The translations under genes were made by a program, and so were the position numbers. 64,000 bases of DNA from Pseudomonadota bacterium (GTDB lineage: Bacteria; Pseudomonadota; Gammaproteobacteria; Burkholderiales; Burkholderiaceae_B). A model generated the notes under the pieces. It saw only the letters and a list, made by a program, of their open reading frames with translations. It made no database searches and was not told the DNA's origin. The DNA lies in NCBI GenBank assembly GCA_023440825.1, contig JAEXRL010000030.1, positions 167,408 to 231,407 on the forward strand. Reading direction: 5' to 3'. Shown piece by piece: positions 46,412 through 59,468 of this stretch (position 1 is the first letter of the stretch; every line of letters begins with the position of its first letter).

Positions 46412-49003
46412 ATGCGTATTGATAAATTGACCACCAAGTTCCAGCAAGCTCTGGCTGATGCGCAGAGTTTAGCGGTACGAGAAGATAATCCTTATATTGA
46501 ACCTGTCCACGTGTTAGTGGCTTTGCTCGCTGATGAAAACTCGGGTACGGGTAGTTTGTTGGCACGGGCAGGAGTGGCCACAGCTAGGCTGGACACAGAG
46601 TTAACCCGATTAATTCAAAATCTGCCCAAAGTGCAGCAAGCGACCGGTCAGCAACAGATTGGTCGTGATTTACAACGAGCTCTTGCCCAGACCGACAAAG
46701 AGGCAGCCGCGCGTGGCGACACGTATATTGCTAGCGAGTTGTTTCTATTAGCCCTGGCCGACGATAAGGGCGAGTTGGGTCGTGCCTTGCGTTCTGTTGG
46801 CTTAGAGCGTAAAGCGTTAGAGGCTGCGATTGACGCGGTGCGTGGCGGTGCTAGTGTGCAAGATGCCGACGGCGAGTCGAATCGTGAAGCCCTAAGCAAG
46901 TACACGACTGATCTGACCGAGCGAGCACGTCAGGGTAAGTTAGACCCGGTGATTGGGCGCGACGATGAGATTCGTCGGACCATACAGATACTACAGCGCC
47001 GTACAAAAAATAATCCTGTGCTGATTGGCGAGCCAGGTGTAGGTAAAACAGCCATTGTTGAAGGTTTGGCGCAGCGCATTATTAATAACGAAGTGCCTGA
47101 AACGCTGAAAGGAAAGCGGGTACTGGTGCTGGATTTGGCTGCCTTGTTAGCCGGTGCTAAATATCGGGGTGAGTTCGAGGAACGCTTAAAAGCGGTTCTG
47201 AAAGAGCTGTCTCAGGACGATGGTAAAACCATAGTCTTTATAGACGAGCTACACACTATGGTCGGCGCGGGTAAGGCAGAGGGGGCAATGGACGCGGGCA
47301 ATATGCTTAAGCCAGCCTTGTCCCGTGGTGAGCTCCATTGTATTGGTGCCACTACCTTGAATGAGTACAGGCAGTATATTGAAAAAGATGCTGCCTTAGA
47401 GCGTCGCTTTCAAAAAGTGCAGGTTAACGAGCCCGATATTGAGTCCACCATTGCGATTTTGCGTGGTTTGCAAGAACGCTATGAGTTACACCATGGAGTG
47501 GCGATTACCGACCCTGCCATTGTGGCGGCCGCGGAGCTGTCGCAACGCTATATCACTGATAGGTTTTTACCGGACAAGGCGATTGACCTGATTGATGAGG
47601 CGGCGGCACGTATCCGTATGGAAATCGATTCCAAGCCTGAAGTGATGGATCGTTTGGATCGGCGCATCATACAGTTGAAAATCGAACGTGAGGCGGTCAA
47701 CAAAGACACAGACGAAGCGTCTCAGCGCCGTTTGAAAGCGATTGAGGATGAGCTGGAAAGCTTGCAGCGTGAGTACAACGATTACGAGGAAGTGTGGAAG
47801 GCCGAAAAGGCGGCTGTGCATGGTTCGCAAACGATCAAAGAGGAAATTGATCAGGTGCGTGCAGAAATGGCCGAGTTGCAGCGTAAAGGTCAATTCGATA
47901 AATTGGCCGAATTGCAGTACGGAAAATTGCCCGAGTTGGAAGAACGCTTGGCTACGGCGGAAAAGTCTTTGCAAGAGGCCGATACCGATCAACCTCGTTT
48001 ATTACGTACAGAGGTAGGGACCGAAGAAATTGCCGAGGTCGTATCACGTGCCACGGGTATCCCCGTGTCCAAAATGATGCAGGGTGAGCGCGAAAAGCTG
48101 CTCAATATGGAAGATTATCTGCATCAGCGTGTGGTGGGGCAAGCGGAAGCAGTTTCCTTGGTGGCAGATGCTATTCGTCGCTCCAGAGCGGGCCTTTCCG
48201 ATCCGTCCCGACCCTATGGTTCGTTTCTGTTTTTAGGGCCGACGGGTGTGGGTAAAACCGAGCTGACTAAAGCGCTAGCGAACTTTTTGTTTGATTCCGA
48301 CGACCATTTGATTCGCATTGATATGAGCGAGTTCATGGAGAAACACTCGGTAGCGCGTCTGATTGGTGCGCCTCCTGGCTACGTGGGCTACGAAGAAGGT
48401 GGCTATCTGACAGAAGCTGTACGCCGTAAGCCGTATAGTGTGATTTTGCTGGATGAGGTGGAAAAAGCGCACCCCGACGTTTTTAATGTGCTGTTACAGG
48501 TGCTGGACGATGGGCGTTTAACGGATGGCCAAGGCAGAACGGTTGATTTCCGTAATACGGTCATCATCATGACTTCCAACCTTGGATCGCAACAGATACA
48601 AAGCTTGGCCGGTGAGCCCTATGAGGTGGTTAAGGATGTGGTCTGGGAAGAGGTGAAACAGCACTTCCGTCCCGAGTTCTTAAACCGTATCGACGAGGTA
48701 GTGGTATTCCATGGTCTGGAGGCCGAGCATATTGCGTCTATTGCCCGTATTCAGCTTGAGCGTTTGAACCAGCGTTTGGCTCAGCGTGAGATGCATTTGG
48801 ATATTAGCGAAACTGCATTAATGCAATTGGCTAAGGCTGGCTTTGACCCTGTGTTTGGCGCGCGTCCCTTAAAGCGTGCTATACAGCAGGAGATTGAGAA
48901 CCCGATTGCCAAGCTGATTTTGGAGGGCCGTTTTGGTCCTAAAGATGTCGTACCGGTAGACTGGCAGGACGGAGCCTTTACTTTTGAGCGTAGTGTGCAG
49001 TAA
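46412..49003 (+). CDS. clpB: ATP-dependent disaggregase chaperone ClpB
   Basis: It is 863 aa with a Clp N-domain, two AAA+ modules ([15 protein letters not shown] and [15 protein letters not shown]) and a long coiled-coil M-domain between them. Confidence 0.97.
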   Translation: MRIDKLTTKFQQALADAQSLAVREDNPYIEPVHVLVALLADENSGTGSLLARAGVATARLDTELTRLIQNLPKVQQATGQQQIGRDLQRALAQTDKEAAARGDTYIASELFLLALADDKGELGRALRSVGLERKALEAAIDAVRGGASVQDADGESNREALSKYTTDLTERARQGKLDPVIGRDDEIRRTIQILQRRTKNNPVLIGEPGVGKTAIVEGLAQRIINNEVPETLKGKRVLVLDLAALLAGAKYRGEFEERLKAVLKELSQDDGKTIVFIDELHTMVGAGKAEGAMDAGNMLKPALSRGELHCIGATTLNEYRQYIEKDAALERRFQKVQVNEPDIESTIAILRGLQERYELHHGVAITDPAIVAAAELSQRYITDRFLPDKAIDLIDEAAARIRMEIDSKPEVMDRLDRRIIQLKIEREAVNKDTDEASQRRLKAIEDELESLQREYNDYEEVWKAEKAAVHGSQTIKEEIDQVRAEMAELQRKGQFDKLAELQYGKLPELEERLATAEKSLQEADTDQPRLLRTEVGTEEIAEVVSRATGIPVSKMMQGEREKLLNMEDYLHQRVVGQAEAVSLVADAIRRSRAGLSDPSRPYGSFLFLGPTGVGKTELTKALANFLFDSDDHLIRIDMSEFMEKHSVARLIGAPPGYVGYEEGGYLTEAVRRKPYSVILLDEVEKAHPDVFNVLLQVLDDGRLTDGQGRTVDFRNTVIIMTSNLGSQQIQSLAGEPYEVVKDVVWEEVKQHFRPEFLNRIDEVVVFHGLEAEHIASIARIQLERLNQRLAQREMHLDISETALMQLAKAGFDPVFGARPLKRAIQQEIENPIAKLILEGRFGPKDVVPVDWQDGAFTFERSVQ

Positions 49004-49035
49004 TGCATGCTTGAGTGCTGGTGTATAAAGCAGTA

Positions 49036-49059
49036 AAAAGCGGCCCTTGGGCCGCTTTT
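49036..49059. terminator. Bidirectional rho-independent terminator between clpB and queH
   Basis: AAAAGCGGCCC-TTG-GGCCGCTTTT is flanked by an A-run and a T-run. Confidence 0.8.
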
Positions 49060-49077
49060 ATTATTTATGGTGTGGGT

Positions 49078-49764
49078 TTAGTCTTCGGGAATGGGGCTGG
49101 GCGTAAGTTCGCCCTTGCCATAGAATTTGACGCCGATTTGAATACGATCGCGCCCACGTGAGCGACGCCAGCGATTGGTGTCGCGCAATGAGTAAACACA
49201 ACCACAATACTCTTGCTGGTAAAAGTTTTCGCGCTTGCTGATTTCCAGCATGCGTTGTGAGCCACCACCTTTGCGCCAGTTGTAGGTCCAGTACATCAGG
49301 TCTGGGTAGCGATCGGCGGCACGCTCTCCACAGTCGTTGATCTGATCCATGTCTTTCCAGCGAGAAATACCTAGTACGCTGGAAATAATGTCGTAACCGT
49401 GCTCGTGGGCATACAGGGCCATGCGTTCAAAGCGCATATCAAAGCATACGGTGCAGCGTTCACCACGCTCGGGCTCATTTTCCAGCCCCTTTACGCGTTC
49501 GAACCAGTTGTCCACATCGTAATCGGCGTCAATGAATTCAATATTATTTTTTTCGGCAAAGCGGATATTTTCCTGCTTGCGGATTTCGTACTCTCTGACG
49601 GGATGAATGTTCGGGTTGTAGAAGAAGATGGTGTATTCAATACCCGAGGCAGCCAAGGCTTCCATGACTTCGCCGGAACAGGGCGCGCAGCATGAGTGCA
49701 ACAGCATTTTCTGGCGTTTTTCGGGCAGTGTGAGAGTCTGGCGTTGTACAGAGGTCTGGGACAT
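49078..49764 (-). CDS. queH: Epoxyqueuosine reductase QueH (DUF208 family)
   Basis: [24 protein letters not shown] and QEYCGCVYS give the Cys pattern typical of QueH. Confidence 0.8.
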   Translation of the reverse strand: MSQTSVQRQTLTLPEKRQKMLLHSCCAPCSGEVMEALAASGIEYTIFFYNPNIHPVREYEIRKQENIRFAEKNNIEFIDADYDVDNWFERVKGLENEPERGERCTVCFDMRFERMALYAHEHGYDIISSVLGISRWKDMDQINDCGERAADRYPDLMYWTYNWRKGGGSQRMLEISKRENFYQQEYCGCVYSLRDTNRWRRSRGRDRIQIGVKFYGKGELTPSPIPED

Positions 49765-50001
49765 AAGCGAGCGATAAAAGACAAAAGCTGCCGCCTGAGT
49801 CAGGAACGGAGCACAGTGTTAATCGAAATATAGGCTCTATTCTAAACGTCAAACACGGTATCCCAAAGTTGGAGTACAGATAGCAAGGGTATCGTGCTTT
49901 TTTTGCATCGTTATAGAGCTATGGAGCTTGGCTTGCTCACGGGGAGTGAACAGGCCAAGCTTTGCGCATGGGGAGGCGCTAAACTCGTTTTAATACTATG
50001 T

Positions 50002-50967
50002 CTATTGTGCTTCTATGCCGCCCTGTTGAGCGACTTTAGTCCATTTTTGTTTTTCCTTATTTAGGTAGTCTTGGAACTGGGCAGGAGTATCGAGTACTAC
50101 CGTGGCTCCCTGATCAGCCAGTTGCTTGGCAATAGTTGGGTCTTGAGTTGCGGTTAGCAAACTAGTATTAATTTGTGCAACTACGTCCTCAGGCATGCCT
50201 TTTGGGCCAAACAGACCATACCAACTTAGGGATTCGACAGCATCGAAACCTGCCTCGGTAAAGGTTTTGGCGTCGGGAAATACACTCAGGCGATTTTTAT
50301 CGGCAATTCCGATTACTTTGAGTTTGCCGGACTGCACATGAGGCAAGGAGGTGAGTACGCTTGTCACTCCCGAAGCCACATGACCGCCTATGATATCGAC
50401 CATTAAAGGAGAGCCGCCACGATAGGGAATGGAACTGATTTTTGCACCGGTAGCTTGTCGTATCAGCTCGACGGTGAGTTGAGTTTGCCCTTCCGAGTAA
50501 CCGATGGCTGTCGTGTCATCCTTGGCGAGCTTAAGAAAAGTATCCAAGTCCTTGAACTTGCCTTCCGCTGGTACAACCAGTACCAGCGGTGAGACTGCGA
50601 GACGAGTGATGGGGGTAAAGTCCTCGTCTGTATTGAAGGGCATACTCTTGGTGAGTACCGGGTTGATAATATGAGAGCCCACAACTAGCATAATTTTGTA
50701 GCCATCGGGACGCGAGCGAGCAATATCGTTAGAGCCGATGATGCCATTTGCGCCCGATTTATTTTCGACAATTACGTTTTGCCCCCAGATCTCCGACAGT
50801 TTGGCACCTATCAAGCGGGCAATAATGTCTGTGCCCCCTCCGGGGGCGTAAGGTACGACTAGCGTGACGGGTTTTTGCGGCCATACGTCTTTGGCCATGG
50901 CGCTTGTACTAGCACTGCTTGCCAAGAGGGCGGCAGCCATCAATTTAATAAAAAAAGATAATCGCAT
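50002..50967 (-). CDS. Bug-family (TctC-like) tripartite tricarboxylate transporter periplasmic binding protein
   Basis: It has a signal peptide, WPQKPVTLVVPYAPGGGTDIIARL and a 321-aa length. This is the hallmark Bug/TctC N-terminal motif. Confidence 0.88.
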   Translation of the reverse strand: MRLSFFIKLMAAALLASSASTSAMAKDVWPQKPVTLVVPYAPGGGTDIIARLIGAKLSEIWGQNVIVENKSGANGIIGSNDIARSRPDGYKIMLVVGSHIINPVLTKSMPFNTDEDFTPITRLAVSPLVLVVPAEGKFKDLDTFLKLAKDDTTAIGYSEGQTQLTVELIRQATGAKISSIPYRGGSPLMVDIIGGHVASGVTSVLTSLPHVQSGKLKVIGIADKNRLSVFPDAKTFTEAGFDAVESLSWYGLFGPKGMPEDVVAQINTSLLTATQDPTIAKQLADQGATVVLDTPAQFQDYLNKEKQKWTKVAQQGGIEAQ

Positions 50968-51019
50968 CTGAGTTTGTCTCCTTATTGGTATGGATGCTTA
51001 ATTAACTGTGTTGGCGCGC

Positions 51020-51895
51020 TTAGGAGTTGTCCAGCTCCTGGTATTTGTTATCAAAGTCCCATACTTTTTGGAACCCAAGTAGCTCGGTGAAGTGTTGGAA
51101 GTCACTGAGCTCTGTGTAGCGTGTAGAGTCACCGTGCTCTTTCAGATGTTCAAAGGATTGTCTGAGTGCGTGGCCTGCTGCCAGAAAGCCTAGGCCGGGA
51201 TGTATCGCCAGGGCGTAACCCATTTCTTGTAGTTCTTGGTAAGTGGGTTGTGGAGTACGGCCACCTTCCACAATATTGGCGATCAGGGGCACGTCAAAGG
51301 TCTGGCCTATGATGGCGAGTTCCTCTTTGCTTTCTGGCGATTCTACAAACAGGACATCGGCCCCCGCTTTCAGGTATTGCTCGGCACGGCGTAAGGCTTC
51401 ATCCAGTCCATGCTCAGTGCGGGCGTCCGTGCGCGCAATGATGAGAAAGTCCTTATCCAGTGAGTCGCGGGTGTCGGCGGCAACTTTGACTTTACTAACC
51501 ATCTCCTGTGTGGGGATGACTTTACGTCCTTTTGTGTGCCCGCATTTTTTTGGGAAGGTTTGGTCCTCTAGCTGAATCCCCGCTGCTCCGGCTTTGATAT
51601 ACCCACTGACTGAGTGCGCAACGTTGAGTAGACCACCGTAGCCGGTGTCGCCGTCGCAGATGATGGGTAAAGACGTGGCTGAGCAAAAGGCGCTGACGCG
51701 GTTGAGCATGTCGGTGTAGGTAGCCAAGCCTGCGTCGGGTAAGCCCAGATACGAGGCGACCGTACCGTAGCCAGTCATGTACAAGCACTCAAAGCCAGTT
51801 TGTTCGGCTGTTTTGAGTGAGATTAAATCAAAAATACCGGGGGCAACGAGGAGTTGTCCACTGTTAAGGCGAGTCCGTAACAGTTTTTTTGACAT
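51020..51895 (-). CDS. Isocitrate lyase/PEP mutase superfamily enzyme (2-methylisocitrate lyase / oxaloacetate decarboxylase-like)
   Basis: APGIFD..S, DGDTGYGG, QLEDQ.FPKKCGH and IIARTDA are present. The specific activity cannot be assigned from sequence alone. Confidence 0.8.
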   Translation of the reverse strand: MSKKLLRTRLNSGQLLVAPGIFDLISLKTAEQTGFECLYMTGYGTVASYLGLPDAGLATYTDMLNRVSAFCSATSLPIICDGDTGYGGLLNVAHSVSGYIKAGAAGIQLEDQTFPKKCGHTKGRKVIPTQEMVSKVKVAADTRDSLDKDFLIIARTDARTEHGLDEALRRAEQYLKAGADVLFVESPESKEELAIIGQTFDVPLIANIVEGGRTPQPTYQELQEMGYALAIHPGLGFLAAGHALRQSFEHLKEHGDSTRYTELSDFQHFTELLGFQKVWDFDNKYQELDNS

Positions 51896-51913
51896 GATGG
51901 ATGTCCTTCAAAG

Positions 51914-52579
51914 TTATGTAAGAGGGGGGGAGGTATGACTTTCCAGTCGTTGTAGAGCGGCATGGCGTGCCGCCAAAATATGTGCGCGCATGACAGCGTC
52001 GGCCCACTCAGGGTCACGCGCCTGAATGGCTTGCACGATTTCAAAGTGATGAGCGATGCTGCGCTGCGCCTCTTCGGTGGAAAAGGCGCGAAACGTCCAG
52101 GAGACTAGCGGCAGTTCGACCAAACTATTCAGTATGTTGGCCAGGCGCGGATTATCGGCCGCACTGAGCAACATAGTGTGAAAATTGTTATTGGCTTGGA
52201 CGCGCAGGCTAACCGCTTCGTCACTTTGATCAAAAGTGTAGGTGCGCACATCCACTGCATAGCCGTACAAGCGCTCAATGTGCTCTTCGTCCAGTCGCAG
52301 GGCAGCGCATCGGGTAGCGTAAGGCTCGAGCTGCAAACGTATCGCAAAAATGTCCTGCACATCTTTGAGGCTCCAAGTGGTGACGCGTACGCCCTGGTTG
52401 GGTATGTGCTCTACCCAGCCTTCGGAAGCCAGTCGGTTAAATGCCTCGCGTAGTGGTGTTCTGCTAACGCCAAACTCTTTAGCAAGCGCCATCTCCCGCA
52501 GGTGCTCACCGGGTGCGAACTCATTATTTAAAATGGCTTGTTTGATGCTTTGGTAAGCGATATCAGTGGAAGAGATCAT
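51914..52579 (-). CDS. GntR-family transcription regulator with FCD ligand-binding domain
   Basis: An N-terminal wHTH (AYQSIKQAILNNEFAPGEHLREMALAKEFGVSRTPLREAFNRL) is followed by a helical FCD-type C-domain. Confidence 0.85.
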   Translation of the reverse strand: MISSTDIAYQSIKQAILNNEFAPGEHLREMALAKEFGVSRTPLREAFNRLASEGWVEHIPNQGVRVTTWSLKDVQDIFAIRLQLEPYATRCAALRLDEEHIERLYGYAVDVRTYTFDQSDEAVSLRVQANNNFHTMLLSAADNPRLANILNSLVELPLVSWTFRAFSTEEAQRSIAHHFEIVQAIQARDPEWADAVMRAHILAARHAALQRLESHTSPPLT

Positions 52580-52849
52580 GGTGTTATTCCAGTTGTTGTA
52601 TGCAATTTATGTGAAATTTAGGTTTAAATCAAGGTTTAAGTAGGTTTTTTCCCATCTTTGTATGCAAAGTGATTTGTAAAGTGACTTGCCTATAAGCGAA
52701 GTAGGGCTGAGCGGCACTTATAAAAGAGGCTGTTTGGTATGGACGTGTGAATGCCTGCGTCAGTGCGCCGGAGGGTGGGCTATGCTTTTTTGGAAAAGGG
52801 TAGCGGCAGGCGCAGAGTAAGCCTGTCACTACCTCATTGTTCAGTCACG

Positions 52850-55594
52850 TCATGTGCTGGGTGTAAATACCCTATCCCAAAGTTTTTGGACGGATACGCG
52901 TTCGCTCATCAGTCGCTTGGGATCAATGCGTGCTTTTTCTGCGCCTTCTAGGCGCAAAGCATGCTGTTCACGTCGAAATAGTCGATAAGCCTGGACGGTT
53001 TCATGTGCGAGGTCTGTAGGAATAAGCTGTGCCTGCGCGGCAATGCCTAATAAGGCGATATTGCCTAAATTACCCAGTAAAGAGGGGTGCTCGCGGCTGT
53101 AGTTTAAGACCAGGTACTGAGTGATGAACTCAACATCGACCATACCGCCTTTGTCGTGCTTAATATCGAATAAGTCACTGCGATTGGGGTGCCCTTGTGT
53201 GATTTTTGCACGCATGGAGCAAATGTCATCGCGTAATTGCTGACTATCACGGGGCAGTAATAAAATCTTTGCACGCAGGCTTTCAAAACGCTGGCGCATG
53301 TATTCAGGGCCACATACGACGCGCGCACGGCTGATGGCCTGATGCTCCCAAGCCCATGCTTTGTTGGTCTGATAGTGCTCAAAAGCATCGATACTTACTG
53401 CTAGTAGGCCAGCATCTCCATCGGGGCGTAAACGTAAGTCAATCTCGTACAGACGACCAGAAGACGTTAGCGTGGATAGCCAACTGGTCATGCGTCGAGC
53501 CAGCTTTATATAGCGTTCGGCATGATGTTGCTCAGGGTCATCGTATAAAAAGACCAGATCCAGATCAGAAGCATAGCCGATCTCTTTACCGCCTAATTTA
53601 CCGTAGGCGAGCACGGCAAAGTTGGGGACAGCTAAGGTTTCGATTTCGTCGCGAGCCAGTGTCAAGGGCCAAGTGCGATACAGTGTTTCGTTCAAGAGCA
53701 TATCAGCCAAAGCGGATAACTGATCGGCCAGGGTTTCTACGGTAAGTTTGCCTTCCAGGTCTTGAGCCAGTAATTGAAAAGTGACCTGGTGTTGCAGGTC
53801 ACGCATCCAGTTCATTTGCTGTTCTACGTCTGGTTTGCCATTGGGAAGCACGCAGGCATCTAGCTCTTGACGCATCTGTTCAGCCAGCCCGTCAAAATCG
53901 GGGTCTTCCATCAAGGCGTGCCATTCGATCAGACTGTCCAGCAATATGGGATATTGGCACAGGTATTGAGCCGCCCAGGAGCTGGCCGAAACGATGCGTG
54001 TCACTCGTGCCAAGGTTTCAGGAAACTCGGCCATAAGCGCCAGATACGCACTACGTTGAGCGACGCTGTCGACGAGGTTTAACAAGCGACGGGCAGTATT
54101 GATGGGCTCTGGGCTTTGGCAGGCCTGTTCACGCAATAAAGGCAGTAGGCGTTTTAAGCGCTCATGACTTGTGCTGGGCAGACTACGTATTTTGTGGGTT
54201 TGCAGCAAGCCTTGAATCAATTCGTCCAGCTGCTGTGCTAAGTCCGGATCAATAGGTTGGGCCTCAGGTGTGGGCTGGCTAGGGGGGGCGCTGGTTTCTT
54301 CGCCCATGCCTGCGAGTCTGAAGGCGTCTTTGAAGATTTCAGCGACACGAGCGCGATGCTCGCTTAACTGTTGTTCAAATTGTGTCGGCTCCATCCCCAT
54401 GCTATGGGCCAGCTTTACGCGTAGGGCAGGGTCTTGCGGGAGCATGTGGGTTTGTTCGTCTTCGCGGTATTGCAGCCTGTGCTCTAGCTGACGTAAAAAG
54501 TAATACGCTTGACGCAGATCATTACATACTTGGCTGTCCAGCACACCTGCGTTTTCCTGGCGCTGTAATGCCACCAGCAGGTTTTCCGCTTGCAAGGAAG
54601 GTTGACGGCCACCCCGTATCAATTGGTTGAGCTGAACGACAAACTCGATTTCGCGTATACCGCCATCACCCAGTTTGATGTTTGCCCGTGCCTCGGTACC
54701 GTTACGGTGCAAGGCTTTGCGCTGCCAATCCTGACGTATTCGTTCGCGTAGCTCGCGCAGCGCTGCCAAGGCGTCAAAATCAAAGTATTTCCGGTAGACA
54801 AATGGGGTGCGCAAGGATTCGAAGTACTGCAAAACACGGGTGTTATCGCTATTGTCATACGCCTTGATCGGTATGGGACGTGCTTTGATCCAGGCGTAGC
54901 GCTCCCATTCACGACCTTGTTTTAGCAAATATTTTTCCAGTGCCGTCATGCTCCAGGCTAAAGGGCCGGATTCGCCATCCGGCCTTAAGCGTAAATCGGT
55001 ACGAAAAACTTGTCCGTAGGCGTTCAGTTCAGACAGCACAGGCATCATGCGCTGGGTGAGTCGTCCGTAAAATTCATGATAGCTAATGGGGCGTCGGCCT
55101 GTGGTTTCACCATCGTGTTCGTAGAGCATGATCAGATCAATGTCTGATGATACGTTCAACTCCCTACCACCCAGTTTTCCCATGCCCAGGATCAGCATTT
55201 CTTGGGCTTGATCAGTGCCGGGCGTAGTGGGCTGACCATGTATAGCGGCCAGTTGCTCGCTGGTGTCTTGGTAAGCGTATTGCAATGCAAGGTCTGCCAG
55301 ACTGGACATGGCTAGAGTAACTTCTTCTAACGAGGCAGAACCAGCTAAATCGCGACACATCAAACAATAAAATACTCGACTGCGTAATTCGCGTAGTATT
55401 TGGCTTAGCGCTGGTTTGTGACCCTCTGCGTGCTGGGCTTGGAGCTCATGTAACCACTGTTCAATACGTGTAGCAGTGACGGCCTGCCCGCTGGCGTGGC
55501 CTAACCACTGAGCAAACTGGGGATGGCCTTGTACTTTCCGTTGCAAGGAACCTGACCATTGCAGAGCGGGCTTCAATATAATGGCAGAGGACAT
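52850..55594 (-). CDS. glnE: Bifunctional glutamine synthetase adenylyltransferase/adenylyl-removing enzyme
   Basis: Two nucleotidyltransferase modules are present ([20 protein letters not shown] and [20 protein letters not shown]) with GlnE linker domains. Start set at ATG 55594 (MSSAIILKP...); the ORF-track extension to 55723 is unsupported. Confidence 0.93.
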   Translation of the reverse strand: MSSAIILKPALQWSGSLQRKVQGHPQFAQWLGHASGQAVTATRIEQWLHELQAQHAEGHKPALSQILRELRSRVFYCLMCRDLAGSASLEEVTLAMSSLADLALQYAYQDTSEQLAAIHGQPTTPGTDQAQEMLILGMGKLGGRELNVSSDIDLIMLYEHDGETTGRRPISYHEFYGRLTQRMMPVLSELNAYGQVFRTDLRLRPDGESGPLAWSMTALEKYLLKQGREWERYAWIKARPIPIKAYDNSDNTRVLQYFESLRTPFVYRKYFDFDALAALRELRERIRQDWQRKALHRNGTEARANIKLGDGGIREIEFVVQLNQLIRGGRQPSLQAENLLVALQRQENAGVLDSQVCNDLRQAYYFLRQLEHRLQYREDEQTHMLPQDPALRVKLAHSMGMEPTQFEQQLSEHRARVAEIFKDAFRLAGMGEETSAPPSQPTPEAQPIDPDLAQQLDELIQGLLQTHKIRSLPSTSHERLKRLLPLLREQACQSPEPINTARRLLNLVDSVAQRSAYLALMAEFPETLARVTRIVSASSWAAQYLCQYPILLDSLIEWHALMEDPDFDGLAEQMRQELDACVLPNGKPDVEQQMNWMRDLQHQVTFQLLAQDLEGKLTVETLADQLSALADMLLNETLYRTWPLTLARDEIETLAVPNFAVLAYGKLGGKEIGYASDLDLVFLYDDPEQHHAERYIKLARRMTSWLSTLTSSGRLYEIDLRLRPDGDAGLLAVSIDAFEHYQTNKAWAWEHQAISRARVVCGPEYMRQRFESLRAKILLLPRDSQQLRDDICSMRAKITQGHPNRSDLFDIKHDKGGMVDVEFITQYLVLNYSREHPSLLGNLGNIALLGIAAQAQLIPTDLAHETVQAYRLFRREQHALRLEGAEKARIDPKRLMSERVSVQKLWDRVFTPST

Positions 55595-55723
55595 AGTGAT
55601 AGGCGTGAACGTTAAAATGTGGGTGCAAATGACTACTTGTGCTGAGCAAATCACCTTACACGAAAAAACGGTGCGAGTGGAAGCAATGGGCGACACAAGT
55701 TGGGTGGGTGTAGGTACGAGCAT

Positions 55724-58700
55724 ATGAGTGTATGGCGGGTATTGCGTTACGCACTGTTATTGCTTGTGCTGGCTGTGGCGGCAGTGGTGCTGTCTTTGCG
55801 GTACTACTTTTTGCCGCGCATAGATGATTTCCGGTCGCAAATACTGACTCACCTAGAGCAGCAGCTTGATCTACGGCTGGATCTGGATTACATAGCGGCT
55901 GACTGGAAAGGCTTAAATCCTAGTCTGGAGCTCTCCGGGCTACTGGTTCGTGATGCTAGCCGACAGCATGTGCTGTTACGTCTGCCTACATTAAGCGCCA
56001 AACTAAGCTGGCGTAGCCTGCTGCGCGGCCAGCCTGTATTTCGCTATGTGCACACAGAAGGCTTGCAATTGGATGTCCGGCGTGACGAGCTGGGGCAATG
56101 GTGGATAGTAAATCAGGCTTTGGAAGGCGATTCAAACGCGGATTCTACGGGTGTTGAGCCATTTTTGATGTGGCTGGGGCAGCAGCGCCATATTCGTATA
56201 GCAAATAGTCAACTTCGTTGGCTTGATGAAACTACGCAGGCTGCGCCGCTGGTCTTGCAGCAGGTGCACCTTGAGATTCTGAATCGTGGCAATCGACATC
56301 AGGTGCAGTTCAATGCCTTACCGCCTCCAGATCTAGGCCAGGCTATGGCGCTGCAGTTAACCGCGCGCTCGGCAGGCCATGCAGGATCTGCGCCCTTATT
56401 GGATTTACGTAATTTGCAGGGTCGCTTGCATCTGGACCTTAGCAATATCGATCTGATGGCGCTTGAGCAGTGGCTAGAGTTACCTACTGCCTTACGCTCA
56501 GCCCGTGCACACGGGCAAGCCAGCCTTGAGTTTTCTCAGGGGCGTTGGGGTGAGTTGCGCACCGAGGTCTTGCTCAATGACGTGCGCTGGCACGATGAGC
56601 AGCGCGATGGTGTGCTGGTAGAGCGTTTGCGAGTCTACACCGAGGCAGCATGGGACGATTATTTAGGGTTACTGGAACCCGCGCTTCATGAGTCTAGCCA
56701 GGTTCAGGTGCGGCTACAGGCTCATAATGTATATGGACGACTGGCTTGGTTTTTTCAGGATGAGCTCAGTCTGCAAGATTTGGCTTGGGAGGGAGAGCTA
56801 AGCCATAGTACGAATACGGGCTGGCAGGTGCTGGCACGACGCTTACGCTTGAAAAATGCGGATCTGGAGGCAGATTTACAAGGACATTGGCAGCAGCAGG
56901 AAAGCGGCACGGCAGGTTATATGCTGCTAAGTGGGCAAGTTCCTGATCTAAGCCTGGTCAATCTGGTGAACTACTTGCCCCGTACTTTATCAGCCGATGC
57001 GCTCGATTGGATGCGTAGCAGCTTACTGGCAGGGCGAGTGCGTGATGCCCAGCTACATCTAGAGGGGGCCTTGGATGACTTTCCGTTTGGAGAGCGCCCC
57101 GAGCAAGGGCAATTTACCTTGGCTGGAGATTTCGATCAGGTGCTGATGGATTATCTACCCGCGAGTAAAACTGAAAAAGGCTGGCCACGTCTTGAGTTAC
57201 CCACGGGCAAGGTCAGTTTGCAGAATGCGCAGTTAAGTGTGCGAGCTGAGCGTGGGCTGATGCCAATACGCGGAGCGCAGAGTATTGTCTTAACAGACTT
57301 ACAGGCTGATATTGCTAATTTGGAGCGGCAGTCTGTGCTTGAACTCAGTGGGCAAAGTCAGGCGCCTGCTAGCAGTTATTTGGGCTTGATGCCCCAAACG
57401 CCTTTGGGGGGGCTATTAGGAAATGTGTTTGATCAAGCGCAGGGGCAAGGCAATTGGACGGTACCCTTAAGCTTGAGCGTGCCCTTACTGAACAGCCTAG
57501 ATACGCAAGTTAAGGGCTCTATACAGTTCTCGGGAGCAGAGCTGAGGCTAATGCCAGAGGCGCCGTGGTTACGTGGCTTACAGGGAGAGCTGCACTTTAC
57601 AGAACGTGGTGTTACTGCACAGCGCTTACAAGGCAATATGCTAGGAGGGCCAGTTAGCATACGTGGGCGTATGGAGCCTGGAGCTGAGGGCTTGCGTTTG
57701 CAGGGCAGCCTATCGGCGCCGCGTTTGGGTGCGTATGTGGATAGCCAGGCATTGCGTCGCTTGCAGGGTGAGCTGAGTTATGTAAGTGTCCTGAGACTGG
57801 ACAAGCAGGCGCATTTTGGAATGGATATTTCGTCCACTCTAGTGGGGCTAGAGGCAAGTTTTCCGGCACCCATGAGTAAATCAGCGGCTACGCCCATGCC
57901 CTTACAGGCGAGCTGGTATGCGGATGCGGATGGTGCACACTCGTGGCTGGACATTCGTCTTGATACAGAGCCGGTTACAGAGGTGCGTTTACAGCGGCGC
58001 AGTGGCCAAGACACAGGCCCATTTTTTCGTGCCGTTTCTGTGCTGGCAGGTCAGCAAGGTGCTTTCCCTGAGTCAGGCATAGTCGTAGATGGTCAATATA
58101 AACGTTTGGATTTGGATGCCTGGAACCGGGTGCTGGATGAGTTTTCTGTGCCCTGGGAAGCTTCAGAGGCCAGTCAGCATGCAGAGCAAACATCTAGGCC
58201 CGTGTTGCCAGCCATGCAGCGCAGTCGCGTGCAAGTGCAGCGTGGCCGATTGCTAGGTATGGGGCTGGATCAACTCACCTTTACCAGCCAAGAGTCGGTA
58301 GACGGTACATTCAGGGTGGACATTAGTTCAGCCCAGACGGCTGGAACAATACGTGGAAAAACAGAGCGACGTAAGCCGGTAGGACGTTGGGATATTCACT
58401 TTAATCGGCTTAGTTTGGGGCGTAAGGAGGTGGAGCTAAACCCTCAAGACAGGCTTGAGCGCGAACGTTTTTTAGATATCAGCGAAGATATCATTTTGCC
58501 GGATATCGATGTGAGGGTGGATCGCTTGACGCTTTATGAGCGTGAAGTGGGAGCCTTGAAGATGGTGGGTAAGGCGCTTAATCAAGGCCGGCAGTGGGAG
58601 CTGGAGCAATTGCAACTGTCTGGGCAAGGACTGCAGTTAGAAGGTAAAGGGTATTGGCAGTTGCGTGGCCCTCAGCGCGGCTTGCATCTGGAGACCGAGG

Positions 58701-59359
58701 CTCAGATTCAGGATTTGGGCGCATACCTGGAGCAGTTAGGGGCGAAAGATGTATTAAGTGGCGGTCGTGGGCAGGCCGATATGAATGTGTTCTGGCATGA
58801 CTTCCCCTGGAGCATGGAGCGTAGCGCCTTGGGTGGCAAGCTGAGCATGAATCTGCAAAAAGGTCGCTTTAGTCAAGTAGGATCGCGTTCTGCAAGATTG
58901 CTTGAACTGTTGAGCTTGCAGTCCTTATCGCGAATAATGAGCTTTAACTTTAATCCAGCAGGCCTATTCGAGGACGGCTTTCCCTTTGATGAGTGGAAAG
59001 GTAGCCTGGACTTGCAAGAAGGCGTGCTGAGTGCTCGTGATTACAAGGTGGCGGGGCCAGTTGGGCTGATTGAGCTGGAGGGATATATGCAGGTGCAAGA
59101 TGAAACCTTGCACGCCACAGCAAGCGTGTACCCGCGTGTAGACGTGAGTGGGGCAGCGGTGGCGGCAGGAGTCATGGTGAATCCTTTCCTAGGGCTTGGC
59201 ACATTTTTAGCGCAGTGGCTGCTGCGTGAGCCATTGTCTCAAGGCATGGCCGTGCGTTACCGCATCAGTGGCTCTTTAGATGAGCCGCATATTCTCGAGC
59301 TTGATTCTCCCAAGTCTAGCAAGCGCGAGCAGGCCACACCACTCCATACCCCGTATTGA
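55724..59359 (+). CDS. yhdP: YhdP-family (AsmA-like) large envelope protein
   Basis: An N-terminal TM anchor ([26 protein letters not shown]) is followed by about 1200 aa of beta-rich sequence. The C-terminal AsmA-like block is [13 protein letters not shown]...[12 protein letters not shown]...D....GP. Start taken at ATG 55724. Confidence 0.8.
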   Translation: MSVWRVLRYALLLLVLAVAAVVLSLRYYFLPRIDDFRSQILTHLEQQLDLRLDLDYIAADWKGLNPSLELSGLLVRDASRQHVLLRLPTLSAKLSWRSLLRGQPVFRYVHTEGLQLDVRRDELGQWWIVNQALEGDSNADSTGVEPFLMWLGQQRHIRIANSQLRWLDETTQAAPLVLQQVHLEILNRGNRHQVQFNALPPPDLGQAMALQLTARSAGHAGSAPLLDLRNLQGRLHLDLSNIDLMALEQWLELPTALRSARAHGQASLEFSQGRWGELRTEVLLNDVRWHDEQRDGVLVERLRVYTEAAWDDYLGLLEPALHESSQVQVRLQAHNVYGRLAWFFQDELSLQDLAWEGELSHSTNTGWQVLARRLRLKNADLEADLQGHWQQQESGTAGYMLLSGQVPDLSLVNLVNYLPRTLSADALDWMRSSLLAGRVRDAQLHLEGALDDFPFGERPEQGQFTLAGDFDQVLMDYLPASKTEKGWPRLELPTGKVSLQNAQLSVRAERGLMPIRGAQSIVLTDLQADIANLERQSVLELSGQSQAPASSYLGLMPQTPLGGLLGNVFDQAQGQGNWTVPLSLSVPLLNSLDTQVKGSIQFSGAELRLMPEAPWLRGLQGELHFTERGVTAQRLQGNMLGGPVSIRGRMEPGAEGLRLQGSLSAPRLGAYVDSQALRRLQGELSYVSVLRLDKQAHFGMDISSTLVGLEASFPAPMSKSAATPMPLQASWYADADGAHSWLDIRLDTEPVTEVRLQRRSGQDTGPFFRAVSVLAGQQGAFPESGIVVDGQYKRLDLDAWNRVLDEFSVPWEASEASQHAEQTSRPVLPAMQRSRVQVQRGRLLGMGLDQLTFTSQESVDGTFRVDISSAQTAGTIRGKTERRKPVGRWDIHFNRLSLGRKEVELNPQDRLERERFLDISEDIILPDIDVRVDRLTLYEREVGALKMVGKALNQGRQWELEQLQLSGQGLQLEGKGYWQLRGPQRGLHLETEAQIQDLGAYLEQLGAKDVLSGGRGQADMNVFWHDFPWSMERSALGGKLSMNLQKGRFSQVGSRSARLLELLSLQSLSRIMSFNFNPAGLFEDGFPFDEWKGSLDLQEGVLSARDYKVAGPVGLIELEGYMQVQDETLHATASVYPRVDVSGAAVAAGVMVNPFLGLGTFLAQWLLREPLSQGMAVRYRISGSLDEPHILELDSPKSSKREQATPLHTPY

Positions 59360-59468
59360 CGGTCCACTGTTGTGGCTAGACAGGCAGCACTTGGCGCTGT
59401 CATACGCGGAAGGTAGACTCAAGACAAGGTCTGCAATGCTTGTGGATGTTTTGTTACGGAGTCTGACG

